Notes: generated from the sequence alone by a model not told the origin. Counted from the stretch's first letter, positions 17,019-28,267 are shown. The stretch: DNA of 64,000 nt from Alkalispirochaeta sp. (GCA_965242725.1 CBDESZ010000022.1:1-64000); one strand, 5' to 3'. Numbers and translations: made by a program.

Positions 17019-19521
17019 CTATCGTGCATTATCCATCAGGGTGGATACCGTGACGGTATCGTATCCCCGTTCAATCAATCCATTTATCAATACATCCAGC
17101 CGGTGGAAAAGGTAGTCCTCCCTCCCACCATCGGGACGGTCGTCTCCGGGACGGCCCACCGTCATGGCGATGATAGACCCGGGCTGTTTCTGCTGTAATA
17201 CCGATTCGAACAATATCCCGCGGCCGGTTTGTAAAGCCTGCTGATCCCGTTTTCGTCCCGCAGGGGGATCCAGTCGAGACTGTCCCACATCCCGCCCCGA
17301 TATACGCGTAGTTCATTTCCCGCGATGCGGCAATGATGACGGGATTGACGAAATAGTACGGCGCGTGCCACAGAAGCGACAGCTCTTCCCCCGGTCACAT
17401 CAAAGAACTCATCCTCGTTGCGGGCGAGTCCCTGCTTCACAAACTCCGTATCAATTTGAAACTGACCATCGGCAAAGTCGAAGTGAGTGAAAAAGAGATT
17501 GCCCACCTCGTGGCCGCTTCGCCGCGATCTCCCGCACCGCTCCGGGATGGCGCCGTATGAAATCGCCGTTCAGGAAGAAGGTCGCCCCGAATATCGTACT
17601 CAACGAGGGTATTGAGTATTTCCGTGAGTCCCGCCACGGATGTCAACGGCATTGAATACGAGCGCGACCTCACGGCGGCGTATACGTGAACCGTGGGCAA
17701 AGTTCGTCATATCCACCGGCTGATCCCGTTCGGGAAAATGGTTCAAACTGACGACGGGGCCGCGGGAAGAGCGGCGTCGTTCCGTATGACGTAATGCTGC
17801 GAACCACTCACCATATTGGCGTAGCTCCCGCGGGATACATTTTCAAGATAGACCCGGTGTTCCTCTCCCGCGACGCGGGACGGTATTACCTCCATATTCC
17901 TCGATCAGTGTCCATTCCCGACTCATTCAATTCATAGGCCTGATCCCCGCTCCGTACGCGAATTGCAGCGTTTTCCGGGGCAAAGCCCGCCTCATCAACC
18001 GCACTGAAGGCGACAAGCTCCCGGGCGGAATCCTTCGCCGCGTCGTTGCGCGCCCGTCTCAAAGGCGTTCAAATCGACGCGCTCAATCCGACTCCTCCCT
18101 GCGAGCACGATTCTTGTATTTCCGTACCACGCGCCATGCAAAAGCAGCGCGTGGGGAATCGTCACTTCAGTCACTCCCAGGTTGCATAGTTTCTTATGAA
18201 TCCTTCTTCCCCCCGTCCATACGAGGTGCACGCGTCCCCGTCGGGAGAGAGCGTTATTCCGATCACATCCTTCGTCGTCGGTCTTCATGAAAATTCCGGT
18301 CGTCCGCACCGCTGCTGAGGTCCAGTCGATATACCGCCGTCGTCTTTTCACCGTAAGCGGATACTGCCGGCAAGGACGGTAATACGGTCCGCCTGTGACC
18401 ACAGGACGGTCTGGACGCGTGTGTTCCGCGGCAGATAGAGGTGGGGAAGGACAACGGCGCCCTCTTCACTCCCCCAGATAGTCGTCAGCTTCCAGGAGGA
18501 GAACCATGAGGTTTCGTCCGTCCTTGTTCAAAAGGATTTTGGAGCCGTCGGGGGAGATCCAGAAACGATCAAAGTTGGGATTGAAACGCATCGGGAAGTT
18601 TCCCCACGATGGTGCCGATCTTGAGCAGCTGCTGATAGAGGGAGCGCGTAAAGAATTCGGTACCCCGAATCTGATACACAAGGGAACCCCTGACGTAGTA
18701 GAGGGTATCTTCACCGCTCCAGGCAACGTTAGTCGTCATTCCCGGACCGAGTTGACGGAATGCCTCGGTAAGGACTCGTCCGTTCCGGTATTGATCGAGG
18801 GAATAGTAATAGAGCTCGTTGCTGCGAACTGTAAATGAAGAACCGGGAATTGCCCGACCAACGCAGCGGCGCCCGGTCAAGAGTCAGTTCCACACGCTCA
18901 CTGATCGTCGTTTCCCTGGCAAGGACGGTGTCATACATGCGCAGATCGGCGTATCCGGCGGAGGAGGGAACAAGGTAGGTCAGGTACCGTCCGTCGGACG
19001 GACTCGTTTCCACCGCGACGATCTTTCCCGTCTGTATGTCTTTTCCCTGAACAAATGCGGGAAAGTGGGACATCGGCCGCAACGCCAATTTCCGGTCGGG
19101 GCGGCAGATAGGGATTGGGGTCTGCCCCGCTTTCCGTCGGACCCGGCCAGCACTCGATTGAGCGGCACTCGATTGGGCGGTACCCGATTGCGAAGTACCG
19201 GGTCCGGCCGGAGCCGGTCGCGGGAGCCGCATTGACTTCCCGCGTCCGAAACAGGCCGTACCGATTCTGAATCTGAATGACACCGGAGGATGGCACGACG
19301 TGCATCCGTTCAGGAAAAACCGTCAGTTGCCGCATAGATGCCCCTGGGATGTCGGCAAAGAGGGTCGTACCGTATTGCCCCAGCCCCGGCATTTCAGTGG
19401 TTGCGGTAAAAAGCAGCTCACCCGACGCGTTGATGTTTAAATCTCCAAAACGGACCTGTTGCGAGACGACGCCGATGAGAACCGATGTGAACATTGCGAG
19501 CACAAGTATGAAGCGTTTCAA
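17019..19521 (-). pseudogene. Secreted polysaccharide deacetylase family protein with N-terminal beta-propeller-like region, split by many frameshifts (probable sequence error)
   Basis: TTG start with GGAGG and signal peptide; consecutive fragments in different frames (SPSDGRYL, ISPDGSKILL, GNLFFTHFDF..GLARNEDEF, PGSIIAMTVG..RGYDTVTVSTLM). Confidence 0.65.
19150..19194. repeat. Three imperfect 15-bp tandem repeats encoding a low-complexity linker
   Basis: GCACTCGATTGAGCG / GCACTCGATTGGGCG / GTACCCGATTGCGAA; reads SQSGTAQSSAAQSSA on the minus strand. Confidence 0.7.
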
Positions 19522-19573
19522 TGTGCTACCTCCCGGTGACGTTCTTAACTGTCGGCATTTGGCGGTACAGGTA

Positions 19574-19762
19574 TTAGGGGTAGTGGGCAAATTCAACCAA
19601 CATTGCATTCAACTCTTCTTCCATCCGTTCCAAACGACGCGCCATGTCGTCCAGGCGTTCCAGATAGTGATGCTTCTGTTGTTGTTCAATCTGGTCAAAA
19701 GGTTCTTCCAGGTATTCATCCAGTGGTGGTGGTTGCCATGGAACGCCGTCTGAAGGGAACAT
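19574..19762 (-). CDS. Small acidic coiled-coil hypothetical protein
   Basis: 62-aa ORF filling the gap before the deacetylase gene; LERLDDMARRLERMEEEL heptad pattern. Confidence 0.45.
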   Translation of the reverse strand: MFPSDGVPWQPPPLDEYLEEPFDQIEQQQKHHYLERLDDMARRLERMEEELNAMLVEFAHYP

Positions 19763-19890
19763 GCACCCGTACTATAGCCCCTCCTCGACGGCACTGCAAC
19801 GTTTTTCAGTGAGTATTTCCACGTTCCGGGGCGGCCCGCGTGCCGTCGCGGAACGCTTGCGATTGGCTGTGTATCGATTAGACTCGTGGT

Positions 19891-22800
19891 ATGCGGTTAC
19901 GTCGACGGATTCATTTTCATGTAAGTCTCATGACGGTCATTATTCTGTTGGTCGTCGTGATGACCGCGACGACAATAACGGCGGTAGTCATCGTCAGCGG
20001 CCGGTCGGTCAGGCAGACGTCCCAGCAACTCTTTGATTCCGCCGGAACCCTTGCGGAAGAGCGGACAACGACGATACTGGAAAGTTCACAGCTGGTGGCC
20101 ACCACCGCAGTAACGATACCGGATTTGACCGTTTCCATAAGCCATGACGAAGTGCATCCGGTCTTCCCCTTCTTCACTGAGCACCTGCGCAGCAACGACA
20201 ACCTCTACTCCCTGTACATCGGACGGGAAAACGGTGACTTTCTCCAGGTCATTCAGACCCGCGGAGACGAGCGAATTCTGGAGAGTCACAACGCTCCCGA
20301 CGAGACGGCGTTCATTCTGCGGACGATTGCGGGGTCCCCGGACGGGCAGGAGGGATCGCGGGCGCAGCGCTGGCGTTTTCTCGATGAGGAAGGGACACTG
20401 TTGGCGTACCGGGATGAGACGGCCCCGACCTACGATCCCCGCGACCGTATGTGGTACCTCGACGCAGCATCGGAAGACGAGACAATTCTTTCCGAGGTAT
20501 ACGTCTTTCATTCACTCCAGGCGCCCGGCATCACCGCCGCCCGAGCACTTCCGGACGGTACAGGGGTACTCGGGGTGGACGTCACTCTGTCCAGTCTGCA
20601 GACCTTTGTCCGGAACGAGCGCATTTCGCCCCGCGGCGGGATCATTCTCGCCGACGCGGAAGAACGCATCCTCGCCTTCCACAATAATATTCGCCGTCTC
20701 CTTCCGAAAATCGACAGTGAAACGGCGTCGACAGTCCCTGATAATCTTCAGGATACGGCGGAACGCGAAGGCTGGCTCCTTGAGCGCCGCACATGGCTGA
20801 GCGCAGACGACAACGCATGGACGATCATCATCGGCGCGCCGGTATCGGACTTCCTCGGGCCTTATGAGATGATCCGCAACCGCGTGATTATTCTCGCCGT
20901 CGTCCTGCTCCTGACGGCGATCCCGCTGATCCTGTGGATATCCCGTGCCATGACACGGGTTCTCGGGGATCTCGCCGCCGACGCGAGTCGTATCAAGAAC
21001 CTGGATTTTTCCTCGGAAAGCATCGCCCGATCGTCGATCATCGAGTTTCATCAGCTGGCGGAAGGGTTCACCGACATGAAGAGTAGCCTCTTCACCCGCA
21101 CTCAGGATCTCAACGTGTCCCTCGACCGGCTGGCGACGATTATTGAGCTGAATATCGCAATCTCGGCGGAGCAGAACATCGACCGCCTCACGGAACTGAT
21201 ACTTGAAGGGGCCCGCACGATATCCCACGCCGATGGAGGAAGCCTCTATATCCTCAACGAGGAAAACCGGTCGCTGGATTTCGCGATCGTCCTCAACGAT
21301 ACACTCGGTTTCATCCAGGGCGGGACGAGCGGGACCGATGTGACCCTTCCTCCCGTCCCTCTCTACGAGAAATCGGGCAATCCCAATGAACACAACGTCG
21401 TTTCCTACGCGGTACACCACGAAAAGACTGTCAATATCGCCGATGCCTACAACGCGGGCGGATTTGATTTCTCGGGAACGCGCCGCTTTGACGAAACAAA
21501 CGGCTACCGGACCGAATCGGTTCTTACCGTCCCGCTCAAACCGAGGGGAAGTGATATCATCGGCGCCATTCAGCTTCTCAACGCAAAGGATCCGCAGACA
21601 GGAGCCACTGTGCAGTTCTCCGAAGAGATTCAGCGATTTGTCGAGGCCCTCTCCGCCGGCGCCGCCACCGCGTTGTACAACCGTGATCTCATTGAAGAAC
21701 AGCGCCGCCTCTTTGAGGCGATGATTCAACTTATCGCCGGTGCCATCGACGCAAAGAGCCCGTACACCGGCGGCCACTGCGCCAGGGTACCGGAGATCGC
21801 ACTCATGCTCGCCGGGGAGGCGGAACGGACCGGCCAGGGGTCGCTCCGGGACTTTCATTTTTCCGACGCCGACGATCGCCGTGCCTTTCGCATCGGCGCG
21901 TGGCTGCACGACGCCGGGAAGGTGACGACTCCCGACTTTGTTGTCGACAAGGCGACAAAGCTTGAAACCATGTACAACCGCATCCATGAAATACGCACCC
22001 GTTTTGAGGTACTGCTTCGCGACGCTCGTATCGCCCGTCATGAGGCGGTGATCGCCGGGGCGGACCCGGTGGAGGCGGACGCTCGCCTGAATGAGACGGA
22101 ACGGGAACTTCACGACGACTTTGCCTTCATCGCGGAATGCAACGAGGGCGGTGAGTACATGGCTCCTGAACGGCTGGAACGTCTCAGGGAAATCGCACGG
22201 AAAGAGTGGCAGCGTTTTTTTGATGACTCCATCGGTTTGTCCTGGGAGGAGAAACTGCGTTACGACGGGACGACCGATACGGAGGAATCGAGCGACGACA
22301 CCCCGAACAAAGGGCGACTGCCGGTAACGGAGACGTTACTGGCGGACAGAAAACGGCATATCATCCCCCGGACCGACGACTTCTATCGCCAGTATGAACA
22401 GTACCGGTTCGCCATGGACGTGCCCCGACACCTCTACAATCTCGGCGAAGTCTACAACCTTGCCGTGGAGCGGGGAACGCTCACCGCGGAAGAACGGTTC
22501 AAGATAAACGAGCATGTGATGCAGACGATCGTCATGCTCGATCACCTCCCCTTTCCGACATCCCTGAAGAATGTACCGGAGTATGCGGGGACACATCATG
22601 AGGCGTTGAACGGCACCGGCTATCCAAGACGCCTCACCGGGGAGGATCTCTCCATTCCGGCGCGGATCATGGCAATCGCGGACATCTTTGAAGCCCTCAC
22701 CGCCTCAGACCGACCTTACAAAAAAGCGAAACCCCTCTCCGTGGCGATAGATATTCTCGCCAAATTCAAGACGGACGGTCATATCGATCCCGAACTCTTT

Positions 22801-22899
22801 GATCTGTTCCTCACCTCCGGGGTATACCGTCGCTACGCGGAACGATATCTCAAGCCGGAGCAGCTTGATGAGGTCGAAATTTCCCGGTATGTGGGATAA
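19891..22899 (+). CDS. Membrane-anchored Cache-HAMP-GAF-HD-GYP phosphodiesterase
   Basis: Two TM helices flanking a Cache domain (YDPRDRMWY), HAMP, GAF (FDFSGT..FD..NGYRT.S.LTVP), DAKSPYTGGHC, LHDAGK, HHEALNGTGYP, ADIFEALT..DRPYK. Confidence 0.92.
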   Translation: MRLRRRIHFHVSLMTVIILLVVVMTATTITAVVIVSGRSVRQTSQQLFDSAGTLAEERTTTILESSQLVATTAVTIPDLTVSISHDEVHPVFPFFTEHLRSNDNLYSLYIGRENGDFLQVIQTRGDERILESHNAPDETAFILRTIAGSPDGQEGSRAQRWRFLDEEGTLLAYRDETAPTYDPRDRMWYLDAASEDETILSEVYVFHSLQAPGITAARALPDGTGVLGVDVTLSSLQTFVRNERISPRGGIILADAEERILAFHNNIRRLLPKIDSETASTVPDNLQDTAEREGWLLERRTWLSADDNAWTIIIGAPVSDFLGPYEMIRNRVIILAVVLLLTAIPLILWISRAMTRVLGDLAADASRIKNLDFSSESIARSSIIEFHQLAEGFTDMKSSLFTRTQDLNVSLDRLATIIELNIAISAEQNIDRLTELILEGARTISHADGGSLYILNEENRSLDFAIVLNDTLGFIQGGTSGTDVTLPPVPLYEKSGNPNEHNVVSYAVHHEKTVNIADAYNAGGFDFSGTRRFDETNGYRTESVLTVPLKPRGSDIIGAIQLLNAKDPQTGATVQFSEEIQRFVEALSAGAATALYNRDLIEEQRRLFEAMIQLIAGAIDAKSPYTGGHCARVPEIALMLAGEAERTGQGSLRDFHFSDADDRRAFRIGAWLHDAGKVTTPDFVVDKATKLETMYNRIHEIRTRFEVLLRDARIARHEAVIAGADPVEADARLNETERELHDDFAFIAECNEGGEYMAPERLERLREIARKEWQRFFDDSIGLSWEEKLRYDGTTDTEESSDDTPNKGRLPVTETLLADRKRHIIPRTDDFYRQYEQYRFAMDVPRHLYNLGEVYNLAVERGTLTAEERFKINEHVMQTIVMLDHLPFPTSLKNVPEYAGTHHEALNGTGYPRRLTGEDLSIPARIMAIADIFEALTASDRPYKKAKPLSVAIDILAKFKTDGHIDPELFDLFLTSGVYRRYAERYLKPEQLDEVEISRYVG

Positions 22900-22922
22900 C
22901 GAGTGCGAAATTTCGTATTCCT

Positions 22923-22951
22923 TTGAAGGCGGGTAATAGTTTTGTTACCAT
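22923..22951 (+). promoter_or_regulatory. Putative sigma70 promoter for glgE, leaderless geometry
   Basis: TTGAAG-17 nt-TACCAT with TGn extension; 6 nt to the GTG at 22958. Confidence 0.55.
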
Positions 22952-22957
22952 ATAAGA

Positions 22958-24925
22958 GTGAAAAGTCGACCAATACACGCATGGGACGGCCGCAAACGGG
23001 TCGTCATTGACCGCATTCGCCCCTCAATCGACGGTGGACGCTTTCCGATCAAGCGGGTGCAGGGAGAAAGCGTCCACGTTGAGGCGGATATCGTCGCCGA
23101 TGGACATGATCTCGTCCGCGCCGTCCTGAGGTATCGACCGGAACGTGGAAAGTGGCGCGAAACGGCTCTCCACGACCAGGGCAACGATCACTGGACCGCC
23201 TCGTTTGTGTCGGAAAAGCTCGGATTCTATGAATACACCGTGCGTGCCTGGATAGACCATTTCGAAACATGGCTGTCGGGAATCAGGAAAAAACACGATG
23301 CCGCCGTTGTAGAAGAGGCGGATCTCGCGATCGGGGCGGATCTCGTCCGCCGTACGGCGGAGCGGGCGGCACAAAAGGACCGGAAAACGCTACAGGAGAT
23401 CGTAGCGTCCCTCGAGAACAACAGAAGGGATGTAGACCATCGCCTTGCGGCAGTCTTCAGTGCCCGCGCAGTCGATCTGATACGACGCTATCCCGACCGA
23501 TCGCTGGAGTCAGAGTATCCCGGGGTCCTTACGGTACGGGTGGACCGCGCCCGTGCCGGTTTCAGCGCGTGGTATGAACTCTTTCCCCGTTCCGCGGGAC
23601 CGACAAAATCACACGGCACCTTTCGGGACGTCATGAACCGGCTGCCCTACGTCGCACGCATGGGATTTGACGTCGTTTATCTTCCGCCGATTCACCCGAT
23701 CGGAACGACCAAGCGCAAGGGCAAAAACAACAACGTCATCGCCGGCGCCGGTGATCCCGGTTCTCCCTGGGCTATCGGCGCTCCCGAGGGCGGCCATACC
23801 GCCATACATTCCCAGCTGGGAACGATCGACGATTTCCGGGAACTCCTGGAACGGATGGAAAGCTATGAACTGGAGGCGGCCCTGGACATCGCCTTTCAGT
23901 GCTCCCCCGACCACCCCTGGGTGACGGAACACCCTGAATGGTTCGTTTCCCGGCCGGACGGGACCATTCAATACGCGGAAAATCCCCCGAAGAAATATGA
24001 AGACATATATCCCATCAACTTTGAAACGCCCCGGTGGAAGGAGCTGTGGCAGGAGCTGAAAGGGGTCTTTCTCTACTGGGCTGAAGTCGGGGTACGAATC
24101 TTCCGGGTCGACAATCCCCATACCAAAGCCTTTCCCTTCTGGGAGTGGGTTATCGGGGAGGTCCAGAAAGTATACCCCGATACAATCTTCCTCGCGGAAG
24201 CGTTTACCCGGCCCAAGCGCATGTATCGCCTCGCCAAGACGGGTTTCACCCAGTCCTACACATACTTCACCTGGCGCAACACCCCGGCGGAACTGCAGGA
24301 GTACATGACCGAGCTGACGACCACGGAAGCGGCGGAGTTTTTTCGACCCAACTTCTGGCCCAACACGCCGGATATTCTTCATGAGGATCTTCAGACGGGG
24401 GGCGTCCCGGCCTTTACGGCACGTCTCGTCCTGGCGGCAACGTTGAGCAGCAATTACGGAATTTACGGTCCCGCCTTTGAGCTGCAGGAGCATACGCCGG
24501 CCCGCCCCGGGAGCGAAGAGTATCTGAATTCCGAGAAATATGAGATTCGCCAATGGGATCTCGACCGAAAAACATCCCTCGCGCCCTTCATCGGGAAGGT
24601 AAATGCAATCCGCCGCGACAATGAGGCGTTACAGGACAACCGCAATCTTCGCTTTCATCAGTGTGACAACCCGGCGATTCTCTGCTACAGCAAGCGAAAC
24701 GACGAGGGCGACAACGTCATTTTCGTTTGCGTGAATATGAATTTCCGACACACCCAGTCGGGATGGGTTGAATTTTCGCCCCCGGCGGTGGGGCTGCCGA
24801 AACAGCCGCCCTTTGTCGTGCGGGATCTGTTGACCGACGTCACCTATACGTGGCGCGGATTCTGGAACTACATCGAGTTGAACCCGCACACACAGCCTGT
24901 GCATATTTTTTCAGTTGACCTGTAA
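22958..24925 (+). CDS. glgE: Alpha-1,4-glucan:maltose-1-phosphate maltosyltransferase
   Basis: WYELFPRS, YLPPIHPIG, QCSPDHP, YAENPPKKYEDIYP, FRVDNPHTK, LAEAFT, NTPDIL. Confidence 0.97.
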   Translation: MKSRPIHAWDGRKRVVIDRIRPSIDGGRFPIKRVQGESVHVEADIVADGHDLVRAVLRYRPERGKWRETALHDQGNDHWTASFVSEKLGFYEYTVRAWIDHFETWLSGIRKKHDAAVVEEADLAIGADLVRRTAERAAQKDRKTLQEIVASLENNRRDVDHRLAAVFSARAVDLIRRYPDRSLESEYPGVLTVRVDRARAGFSAWYELFPRSAGPTKSHGTFRDVMNRLPYVARMGFDVVYLPPIHPIGTTKRKGKNNNVIAGAGDPGSPWAIGAPEGGHTAIHSQLGTIDDFRELLERMESYELEAALDIAFQCSPDHPWVTEHPEWFVSRPDGTIQYAENPPKKYEDIYPINFETPRWKELWQELKGVFLYWAEVGVRIFRVDNPHTKAFPFWEWVIGEVQKVYPDTIFLAEAFTRPKRMYRLAKTGFTQSYTYFTWRNTPAELQEYMTELTTTEAAEFFRPNFWPNTPDILHEDLQTGGVPAFTARLVLAATLSSNYGIYGPAFELQEHTPARPGSEEYLNSEKYEIRQWDLDRKTSLAPFIGKVNAIRRDNEALQDNRNLRFHQCDNPAILCYSKRNDEGDNVIFVCVNMNFRHTQSGWVEFSPPAVGLPKQPPFVVRDLLTDVTYTWRGFWNYIELNPHTQPVHIFSVDL

Positions 24926-24936
24926 ATCAAGGAGGT

Positions 24937-27900
24937 ATGGTGACCTATAACAGCAAGACCGAACATGACTGGTACAAAGACGCAGTAATATATGAACTTC
25001 ACGTACGCTCATTCATGGACAGCAACAGCGACGGAATGGGCGATTTCAAGGGACTTACCGGAAAACTGGATTACCTCCACGACCTCGGGGTAAATGCAAT
25101 CTGGGTCCTCCCCTTCTACCCCTCACCGTGGCGGGACGACGGCTATGACATATCCGACTACAACGGAATTCACCCTGCCTACGGCAACATTCGCGACTTC
25201 AGGAAATTTCTCAAAGAGGCGCACGCTCGGGACCTGAAAGTCATTACCGAACTTGTCATCAACCACACCTCCAATCAGCACCCATGGTTCGAACGTTCCC
25301 GCACCGCAAAGGCGGGCAGTAAATGGCGGGATTTTTACGTCTGGAGCGACACCGCGGACAAATACACGGAAGCGCGCATCATCTTCCAGGACTTCGAGAG
25401 TTCAAACTGGACGTGGGATCCGGTGGCCCAGGCCTATTACTGGCACCGTTTTTATTCCCATCAGCCCGATCTCAACTTCGACAATCCCCGCGTTCAGGAC
25501 GAAGTATTCAAGGTTCTCGATTACTGGTTTTCAATGGGCGTGGACGGTCTCCGCCTCGATGCCGTTCCCTACCTATTTGAACGGGAGGGTTCAAACTGTG
25601 AAAACCTCCCGGAGACCCACGATTTTCTGAGGAAGATGCGCACCCACGTGGATACCCACCATCCCGGAAAGATGCTGCTGGCCGAGGCGAATCAGTGGCC
25701 CGAAGATGCGGTCAACTACTTTGGAGGCGGCGACGGTGACGAGTGCAATATGGCGTTTCACTTTCCTCTCATGCCGCGCCTGTTCATGTCACTGAAGATG
25801 GAAGACGCCTTTCCCGTTATCGATATCCTTGAGCAGACGCCGCCGATTCCCAGGACGTCGCAATGGGGTATTTTTCTGAGGAATCATGATGAACTGACCC
25901 TTGAAATGGTGACCGACGAGGAGCGGGACTACATGTACCGCGCCTATGGACGGGATCCCCGTCAGCGTATCAACCTCGGTATCCGCCGGAGACTGGCTCC
26001 ACTTCTTGAAAATAACCGCCGGCGAATCGAGCTCATGAACAGCCTGCTCTTTTCCCTGCCCGGCACGCCGGTCATTTACTACGGTGACGAGATTGGTATG
26101 GGCGACAACATCTACCTCGGTGATCGTGACGGCGTCCGGACCCCGATGCAGTGGAGCCCCGACCGGAACGCCGGCTTCTCCGGCGCCAATCCGCAGAAGC
26201 TCTATCTACCGGTCATCATAGACCCCGAGTATCACCACGGTTCGGTCAATGTGGAAACGCAGCAAATGAACAGCTCATCCCTGCTATGGTGGATGAAGCG
26301 CGTCATCGCCACGCGACGCCGCTTTTCGGCATTCAGCCGGGGCGAGCTTGAAGTGATATCGGGCACCAACCATCGCGTATTCGCCTATATCCGGCGGGAC
26401 GAAGAAGAGTCCATTCTGGTGGTGGTCAACTTTTCCCGTCACACCCAGGTCACGGAGCTTGAACTTCCCGCCTACGGGGGATATGTACCGGAAGAGGTCT
26501 TCAGTCAGACCCAGTTCCCCACGATCAGGGACGATCATTACACAGTCACCATCGGCGGCAACGACTTCTACTGGCTCCTTCTGAAACCCGCCTCCGACGA
26601 CTACGGCGACCAGAAAACACCGCACACAATCACCTGTACACCCCGTGACTGGTCCGCCCTGACGGAAAATCTTCGCACCACACTTGAACGCTCCGTCCTC
26701 ATCCCCTTTGTACGACGGAGTCGCTGGTTCCGGGAAAAGACGGCGAAAATACGAAAAATACGCATCGCAGACGCCGTACCGTTTGGGAACGGTGTGGACC
26801 GCTCCTGGCTGCTGGTCGGTGAACTCTCCCTCGCGGAAGACCGGACGGAACGATACGCAATACCGATCGCCTTTTCCCATGGAGAACAGGCCGATCGCAT
26901 TCGGGAAGAGGCAAACCACGCCGTGATTACGACGGCGGTCATCGGAGATACCGAGGGTATCATCCATGACGGCGCCTTCAGCGAGACGTTCAGGGACGGA
27001 CTCTATCAGGCACTGGTCGCAAAGAAGCGCCTGAAGGGCGACATCGGCGCGATCGACGCCGTACGTGGCCGGGCGTTGAAACTGCAGTCCGGCCGAAGCG
27101 GGGGGATCACCTCCCGTGTGGTGGCGGCTGAACAGTCAAATACGTCGATTCTCTACAACGATGCCTTTTTTCTCAAGCTGTTCCGGAAACTTGAAAGCGG
27201 CGTGAACCCCGACGTTGAACTGACGCGATACCTGAGTGAGCAACGACGTTTCACCGGTGTCCCCGCCTTTGGCGGAAACCTCACATACACTTCAGGGAAG
27301 GACGACACGTCCGCACTGGGACTGATGATTCAGTACGTTCCCAACCATGGTGACGCATGGCGCTACTCCCGGGACACCATCGATCGCTTCTACGAAACGA
27401 TTCTCGCCGAGTCGGACTCCGCCGACCGGCTGGGCAAGGTACCCGCATCGCTCCTCGACGTCGATCCGGCGGAGATCCCCGACGCCTTTCTTGAACGGGT
27501 GGACGGCTTCTATCTTGAAATGATTGAACTCCTCGGACGCCGTACGGGAGAAATGCACCTCGCCCTGGCATCGCCGACGGAAGACGTGGCGCTCAAGGCG
27601 GAACCTTTTTCAAAGCTGTATCAGCGCTCGGTCTATCAGTCGCTGCGCAGCCTCACCCGACGCGTGGTAAGCACCATCAAGAAGTCACGACGGAACCTCC
27701 CTGAAATGGTGCAGGAAGATGCTCAACGCTTCGTCCTCCGGGAAAACGAGATTCTGGAGCGCTTTGCGACGATCACGGAGCGCAAAATCGACGCCAGGAA
27801 GATCAGAATCCACGGTGACTATCACCTCGGCCAGGTCCTCTTCACGGGACGTGACTTTGTTATCATCGATCTTGAAGGCGAGCCGGCGCGGACCCTCAGT

Positions 27901-28266
27901 GAGCGACGGCTGAAGTTCTCCGCCTTCCGGGACGTTGCCGGCATGCTGCGCTCCTTTCACTACGTAATCTACGGAGGGTTCCTCGAGCGGGTCGCAATCA
28001 GGCCTGAAGACGGAGAGCACCTGGAAGGATGGATCAAGCCGTGGTACACCCTCGTGGGCGGAACCTTCCTCTCAGGATATCTGAATACCGTCAGGGACGC
28101 ACCGTTCGTACCCCGCGACCGGGAGGCGATCAAGACGGCGCTGGAAGTCTTCCTTCTTGAAAAAGCGGTATACGAAGTCGGCTATGAGGCGAACAACCGT
28201 CCCGACTGGCTTCCCATTCCGTTGGCGGGCATTCGATTTGTTCTCGACGAGGGCGGTGTTGGCTGA
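24937..28266 (+). CDS. treS: Trehalose synthase fused to maltokinase (TreS-Mak/Pep2)
   Basis: GH13 motifs (LRLDAVPYL, LAEANQW, FLRNHDELTLE) followed by maltokinase motifs (EQSNTS, IHGDYHLGQVL, IDLEGEP, RDVAGMLRSF, LEKAVYE..YE.NNRPDW). Confidence 0.96.
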   Translation: MVTYNSKTEHDWYKDAVIYELHVRSFMDSNSDGMGDFKGLTGKLDYLHDLGVNAIWVLPFYPSPWRDDGYDISDYNGIHPAYGNIRDFRKFLKEAHARDLKVITELVINHTSNQHPWFERSRTAKAGSKWRDFYVWSDTADKYTEARIIFQDFESSNWTWDPVAQAYYWHRFYSHQPDLNFDNPRVQDEVFKVLDYWFSMGVDGLRLDAVPYLFEREGSNCENLPETHDFLRKMRTHVDTHHPGKMLLAEANQWPEDAVNYFGGGDGDECNMAFHFPLMPRLFMSLKMEDAFPVIDILEQTPPIPRTSQWGIFLRNHDELTLEMVTDEERDYMYRAYGRDPRQRINLGIRRRLAPLLENNRRRIELMNSLLFSLPGTPVIYYGDEIGMGDNIYLGDRDGVRTPMQWSPDRNAGFSGANPQKLYLPVIIDPEYHHGSVNVETQQMNSSSLLWWMKRVIATRRRFSAFSRGELEVISGTNHRVFAYIRRDEEESILVVVNFSRHTQVTELELPAYGGYVPEEVFSQTQFPTIRDDHYTVTIGGNDFYWLLLKPASDDYGDQKTPHTITCTPRDWSALTENLRTTLERSVLIPFVRRSRWFREKTAKIRKIRIADAVPFGNGVDRSWLLVGELSLAEDRTERYAIPIAFSHGEQADRIREEANHAVITTAVIGDTEGIIHDGAFSETFRDGLYQALVAKKRLKGDIGAIDAVRGRALKLQSGRSGGITSRVVAAEQSNTSILYNDAFFLKLFRKLESGVNPDVELTRYLSEQRRFTGVPAFGGNLTYTSGKDDTSALGLMIQYVPNHGDAWRYSRDTIDRFYETILAESDSADRLGKVPASLLDVDPAEIPDAFLERVDGFYLEMIELLGRRTGEMHLALASPTEDVALKAEPFSKLYQRSVYQSLRSLTRRVVSTIKKSRRNLPEMVQEDAQRFVLRENEILERFATITERKIDARKIRIHGDYHLGQVLFTGRDFVIIDLEGEPARTLSERRLKFSAFRDVAGMLRSFHYVIYGGFLERVAIRPEDGEHLEGWIKPWYTLVGGTFLSGYLNTVRDAPFVPRDREAIKTALEVFLLEKAVYEVGYEANNRPDWLPIPLAGIRFVLDEGGVG

Positions 28267-28267
28267 A

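Noticed and set aside
19150..19194. Regulatory or phase-variable repeat
   Set aside because: Unit length is a multiple of three and it encodes a simple Ser/Ala/Gln linker within a gene
20512..22113. 533-aa minus-strand ORF, and similar long shadow ORFs such as 48590-50386, 56195-57319 and 62173-63264
   Set aside because: They are antisense to well-supported genes, have no recognisable motifs, and are expected in GC-rich DNA
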